A stretch of 64,000 bases of DNA from Zygnema circumcarinatum SAG 698-1b (taxonomy: Eukaryota > Plantae > Zygnematophyceae), in NCBI GenBank assembly GCA_037447605.1, contig CM074821.1:1-64000 (forward strand). The letters are read 5' to 3'. The position numbers and the translations under genes are program-made. Shown here one piece after another: positions 57,747 through 64,000 of this stretch. Under the pieces are notes generated by a model. That model saw nothing but the letters and a program-made list of their open reading frames with translations, did no database searches and was not told the origin of the DNA. Every line of letters begins with the position of its first letter. Positions within the stretch are counted from its first letter, which is position 1.

Positions 57747-58922
57747 AGGAGGTCGCCACGCAGGTCAACCCACAAAATCAGAAAACCGCCCTCCGGTCGT
57801 TAACTTTACGCCGGAATCCATTGACTTTATCGAGGGAGGGCCTGTGCGCCGCCGTGCGCTGTCGCAGTGCCGCTCCGTCCGGCGGTGAGCGGTGAGCGAT
57901 GCCGCGACGGAGCGCGCAGCCGCGGATCAGACAGCGGGTCGGGCGCCCCTCCGCAACGAAAGCAGCGGTCATACAAGTTGGGCTTTACTTCATTCATTTT
58001 CGGCTTTCCGATGGTAGACTTCAGAGGACATTAAAGATGAGATAAACGATATTTCCCGGCTTTTTTTATGAATTTGAATAGCTCTCTAACTGGTTGCCAA
58101 CACCCAACACAAAACTTAACGACACACATGAGCTCACCTCACTTCTGTCTACTTTTCAATGCCCGAACAAACAGTCGCCCATGCCTGCAGTACAGTAATT
58201 TTGATTGAATAAAATTTTGTTCTTGAGGGCAATGTGGAAGCCAGCAGTCACACAGCCCACCAACCGCCCGTCTTGTTTTTGGCGCCAGCAATAAACCATC
58301 TGAAGTGTGCCCCATAGCTTTAAAAATACGAGCGGAACTGGCGATCGCATAGCACAAAAACGAAAGGAGTTGCAATTCTGTGCACGTCTCCAGGCGAGGG
58401 GGCAGCCTCGCTGGCAGCCCACCACACCTCCGCTAACGCCCTCGCCGCCAAGACCAACGGCAGCAGAACCGCAGGACAGCATGTAGCGCGAGGTGTTCGT
58501 CTGTCTTCATTGTAAACACAGCACCAAAAGACCTACCCAAGATGCATAGCATAGAAGAATGCTTGCGACCGAACTTTGCGGTAAGACGAAGCGACACGGA
58601 ACCATGCAAACGCTCCGTAGTTACAAGGCAGGAGAAAGGAGAATTGGACAATAAGCAAGCTTGGGTCTCATTGGGAGATGCAGGCATCCAATGAGGCAGG
58701 GGCGAAAAGCCATCCCCCCCCCCCAGCATGCACAACTCTTTGCACTGCCCTCAGATGGCTCACTCTCCATGTCCGCGCTGGCACTGCAAACTCGACAATA
58801 TGAGAGGCAGAGACGAGCTCTTGCAGCCCCAGGAACCAGCTGCCAATTGGAAGGCGACAGGCGCAAAGACGGTCAGCCACCGGTTCCATCCCACTGTTTA
58901 TACCCACAGCAAACTACAGCGG

Positions 58923-61900
58923 CTACGTGAGCGGAGTCTGCTGTGGGAGGGCGGCTTCAGGCTGAGGCAGGCAGGCGGCAAGCACCGCGGCTGCCAGCGA
59001 CCGGATGGCGGCGCTCTTGTCGGCCTGCGCCACAGCGGCCAGCACGGTCCTGACGTCTGCAGCCAGTGCGGGCCTGCCCTGCAGCATGCGCCGTCCCTCC
59101 GCGGAGGACAGGACCGCCTGCAGCCCCTCCAATGCCGACGACCGCACCTGCCACACGGAACCACGAGCACGTGATGTTCTGCTCTTTGCAAGCCAATAAC
59201 CAGCACTTGCTGCAACACGTGGTGCTCAAACAAGCGGCGCGGAAGGTAATACCTGAGAGTGCTTCGGATCATCCACCGCCACCAGCAAAGCGGTCACAAT
59301 GGCTTGCAGGTGTGGCCCAGCTGCGCCCTCGCCATCCTGCACACCATGGCCATGCAACCACGTGTTGGACAATAGGAATATTTTTCCGTTTGTAGCTGCG
59401 TCAAACAAGGACACAAACGACGACCATGATGTTTTTGTCGGTGGCCTATGCCGCACTCCTGCTGAGGTCCTCCTGAAACATCTCACCTTATTGGAGAAGT
59501 TGGCTCCTGTCCAAGCAATTGTAAACTTCTTGGCAGCATCCGCAGCCGCCAGACGCACTGTGCACAGACATAAAAGCAAGTAAGTTTCATTGCAAGCAAT
59601 TCATACAGTCCAACAGTCGCATAGAAGCCCACGCCACAGGCTGTGCTTCTGTAAACCACTCTCAAGCCTTAAGTGCAGGGATTACAAATAACTGAATAGG
59701 TGGTAGATGAAGCACGATTATGCACCTGTCCACGTTGACGACCCCAGGCTTGTCGTTAAAACAGTCACAATTGGCTCGGCCTGCCTGTTCAGAGTCTCGG
59801 GCGACCCGCCTTGGAGTGCGGCGGCGAGGCAGGCGATGGCAAGGACCACCACCGGCGGGCCGTTGCCGGCTGCCCCATTTGACGAAGATGATGATGCCGG
59901 AACGGTCCCTGCAGCAGCTTGCACATCATATAAGCAGCCTTAATCACACTGTGTGCGACCAGCTTGTCTGAGGAGAGAGAGGGGACAAGGGAAGGAATGC
60001 CCTACGAATAGAGTTCCACTTACAAAGGATAAAAAAAACATCCAATTCATGGTAAGGACCGTTGAACTAAATTTGCTTACGAGTAAAGGCAAGGCAAAAG
60101 ATGGCCAAACAAATGAAGTGTGTCCGCACCATCATTTGAAGGGGTGGGCGAAAGCGTAGGTTGAGTGCACATGTGAATCAAAGGCTGTGCCGCAAGGGCA
60201 AGCAGGTCGTGATTCTTGAACGCAAGCAGGACCTGCAGATGAATAAAGGATAATGAAGTACGACTTTGACATGTCCGGGAAGACAAAAAGGCATCCTGCT
60301 AACTGCAACCAATGCTGAATCGAGCTTATGGTTATCAGGATTTTCGGTTTGTCAAAGAGGGAATGTACATAATCCATTCTACTATGCGTGAACTGGTGCT
60401 GAATGCTTGGAGAAAGGATAAAAACAACAGAAACAACACACATACATGAAAGTAGCGACATTGTTGGAAACGGAGTGATTACCAGTTTGCTCTTTGTTTG
60501 CGCATCCAGGAAAAACAGAGTCCCTCACCTGTTCCAAGCAGCGTAATGCAGCCTCTTTAAATCCAACTTTTGGCCTCCCACAGGCCGCCAAAACTGCCTC
60601 TGCAACCATCACCGGACCCACACCTTCGTTTTCCGGTGCTTGCGCAGAAATGGCTGCTCTACAGTTTTTGCAAAGTGTAGATACTGCCTCCAGACATGAC
60701 TCCTTGCCCTGCACCAACGAATGTCAACGCGAACAACTCAGCCTCCTGGTAGACTGCTCAAGTAAACCCAACTAGAGCCGGGGAACATAGGAAATTCAAC
60801 TATCAGTTGGAGATCACTGGGCAGGCTCAAAAGTCAATTCCAATAAGGTACCATTGGCCAAAAACAAGGATACCTCGGCAAGCCATAAAGTCAAGTACAG
60901 CCTGTAATACGTGTGCATGCCGGCAAAGGGACACATTTGAAAACCACATTTTACTTAAGGTTTCAAGGCCTGATCGAGCACAACGTTCCCTTCTTCCTAC
61001 AAAGACATCTCATCAGAAAGATCAGAGGGGCGAGCTTCCCACCTCCCAAAGCCGTCCAGGGAGTTCTTGCAGAAACGCCTTCAGCAACCGCTGCACATTC
61101 TCGCTTCCAATGTCCTCTCGAACAAGCTCCGCTAACGCAACAGTTGCCTCCGCACACTACACGCAGAGCCCACATTGCTGTAACCCTCAGGGCTGCTTTG
61201 AGGCTCCAAGGCAACCTTTTCGTGGACATTCCGATTCATCCAGATGCATGAAACGCAGTCGTGGACAGTTTGCCCGAAGCGCATGCCTTTACGAGAATAT
61301 GCCATGAACAAGTTGCATCATCAGCAGAAAGGAGACAGCATTCACCTGCTTCTTGCGAGGCCAGGACGACGACTGCACGCCATCCACAATAAGAGCTGTG
61401 GTCTCTGGCAGATAGAGTTGCACTGCAGCACTCGTGGTGCTTGTACTTTCGTCCCACACCTCCGAAAATAAATCCTTCACTGCAGTCTCAGGATCATGCC
61501 TGCAGCGGGCGTAACGCTTGGCATCAGCAATCGTCCCAAAAACCGTATAGACGATCCTCTGTCACAAAGCTCTACACATCAAGAATAACCACAAAGGGTT
61601 TCTGATCTATGTCTGGGTGCTGCGACTGCATAACATAAGCCCAGACCTACGCAAGTTTAAGAGTCTGACAAACTGTAGACCAAACTTATCAGTTAAGGAG
61701 CCAACAAACCTCGACATCAACAAACCCCCTAGCATTACCGAGCAATAAATGTGAGAGGCAGCAGCACTGTGGACTGCGCACTGAGCAAGTCGGAAGCCGA
61801 TCGTGTGAGTTCGCGAATAAGGAGAGCGCTGCAGATCCGAGCCTCCTTCTCTCCCGCATAGAGTGCGGCTGCCTCCCCCACTAGACGAGTCACTCGAGCC

Positions 61901-64000
61901 TCGCCTGCACAGCGGGCCACGTCCACACTTGCAACGGCAAATGCGCGGCGAGCAGCAGAGCTCTTCTCAGACTTAGCGGCAGCGAGCAGCACCTGCAGCA
62001 ATGCACGAGGGCAAATAAGAGCAAGTCAGCTCATGCTAGAACATGGTCGGTTGTACAAACCATCTCAGCAATAGAGTTGCTGTTGCATATGTTCGAAGAC
62101 TTTCCGCAAAGTAGCTCCTAGGCTCGTTATATCTGTCAAAATATGTCTACTCATGCGCTATGCTGAATGGCAAGTTCATGTCAAGTGAATGCGACTGTTC
62201 AGGTTCCCAGCAGTGAAGGTTACACAGGTGGCAACACACACTGGCATCTGATGACGTCCCTAGGCCCCTTGGCTTTAAAAGTTACTTTGTTAAATAGTGC
62301 AAACGCTGCATGAGCGACCTGTTACACGGTTATCTAGCTAAGCTGGCATGCACTAAAATGCATAAAATCAGCTGACATCGACAGAAGGTCTTCTGGTAAA
62401 TGAAACAGCCTTGCCTTAAGAAGTGGAGCGACATGCGGTTTCATTTGCAAGGGACCACACCTCTGCACAAGCTGCGATATGAAGCGCGCCACCCCAACTC
62501 TGCACCCTCACGTGATGCCATCTCTCATAAGCCCATTGCCCTACTCACAAAATCACCTTGTCAAGCACTCGAAAACTTGCAGTCTACCCAGTCCGCCGAA
62601 CTCTGCAGGCGAAGTGCAATAAAAAAAAAGAACATGCAAACTATGCAAGCCAGCCAAGTAATCCCATGATCAGTGACAAATTTCCAGACATTCTTCACGC
62701 CCCAATTCCTTCCATTGGCCACGATTTTCCTAAAATTTTCCAGTATTCTAGCTGCAGTGGCCCGGATGCAGGGTCTGACCGCGTGTTGAGGCCGACCCCC
62801 GAGCGCGCCAGGTCCACGAGGCGCGGCGCGAGGGCGTCCAGCGTGGCAGCGTCCACGTGGCGCAGGCAGAGGTCCAGCGTGGCCCACATGGGGGAGCCGC
62901 GCGCCACGCTCAGACGGGCAACCTCCAACTTGTGGGCGTCGATGCCAACTCGTTCCGCATGGAGCTGCGTTGCTCCATCACGCAGTCAGTTTCCGTTAAC
63001 GAGTTTCTATGGCGAGCATATTGTCAATGGTTAATTGCAAAAACTGCTGCACACATCCTACCCATGCAACACCTAGTGCAGATTGTGTATCTGCTGTGAT
63101 CGTGAAACATCATAACGTTCCATCACAATGCACAGCCGGCTCCATGAAGTTCTCTGATTATTGGAAAACTGGCAATACCTCAGCATAGTTGAGCGTTTGA
63201 TCTTCCAAGCTTGAAAGAGCTTCCAGCATGGCCGCTACTACATCGGGAAGCACCTCTCTCAACGCAGGCCCTGCTCCCTGCCAGCAGGCACAGGCAGCCA
63301 TGCCACAGGCAAACAAAGGCATTGGAGAGGCAAAATGTCATTGGAAGACGAGAAGTGGCCGGCCTCTTCCAGCAGGACTAAAAGACTTCATGCTGTGACA
63401 AGTTCAGATCATGCCTACCTTGGCAAGTTTAGAAATGGTGGTGAGGGAAAACTGTCGCACTGTTGTGACTGAGCTGAGAATTCCTTGGTTGAGAAGAATG
63501 GGAAAGACAATCCGACAAGTAGCACTCGCATCCTTCTGCGGAGTTAGACTCAAGTCGCCAAGTCTGATGGAGAGAGAACTGAGCGTTCTACAAAGTTTCT
63601 CCCCTGAGAGCCGCACTGACTCCTTGATGTCATCTGCCACTCGGAACGCCATGATCCACAGGTCGGCCAAGTAGGGAGACACCTATCCACAGAGGCCCAC
63701 ATAGAGGATAATTCACTATTTGAAAAGGCTTTCGTTATCCAATAATGTTGCTGGCATAGATGCATCAGCATACCTCATCAAAACGCCGAGAAGGCAGGAG
63801 ATCTGTGAGAGCTAAACAGGCCGACTCCCTTGCGCGCCATAGCCGAGAGCCTGCCTCCTTCAACAAATCCTGAAGACACAATCCACAGTTCGAACAATCA
63901 GACTTGCTATTCAACTTGCCATTCACACTCTTGACTTTTGACAGCAATAACCCCGAGTCAATAAAAGCAAAGGCGGGCTAAGTTCGCTTGCTACGCTCCC
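58923..64000 (-). CDS. ECM29: Proteasome adaptor ECM29 (HEAT repeats), 3' part; the gene continues beyond the window
   Basis: Exon peptides: [130 protein letters not shown]. Stop TAG at 58923. Confidence 0.9.

Overview
Eukaryotic, intron-rich, gene-dense 64 kb window, most likely from a green-lineage organism. The plant-type proteins (CYP28, PSA3, delta-OAT) suggest a streptophyte alga or early plant; this is inference. It opens with an ~850 bp A-rich 7-bp-period array containing CCCTAAA/CCTAAAA units, probably a left chromosome end. About 12 spliced genes follow: delta-OAT, CYP28, condensin CAP-G, a ZnF-UBA-PUB protein, a PX + Rubicon-homology protein, a large secreted mosaic protein, an acidic zinc-finger protein, a small PPR protein, PSA3, TRAPPC12, a UTr7-like nucleotide-sugar transporter and the 3' part of ECM29. 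Four gene pairs are head-to-head. The standout is a ~9.2 kb minus-strand gene (30127-39325, ~1,300 aa by my manual splicing). It encodes a signal peptide, two CBM14-like chitin-binding modules, a papain-fold domain with all three catalytic residues substituted (Cys>Ser, His>Leu, Asn>Ala), an F-type lectin, a Ser-Pro rod, two EGF-like domains and four LysM-like domains, with three RRxL motifs. A 2 kb duplication flanking a 10-N gap is very probably an assembly artefact. I found no rRNA, tRNA, CRISPR or transposase/RT genes. All gene models were spliced by hand and protein identities come from remembered motifs, not database searches.
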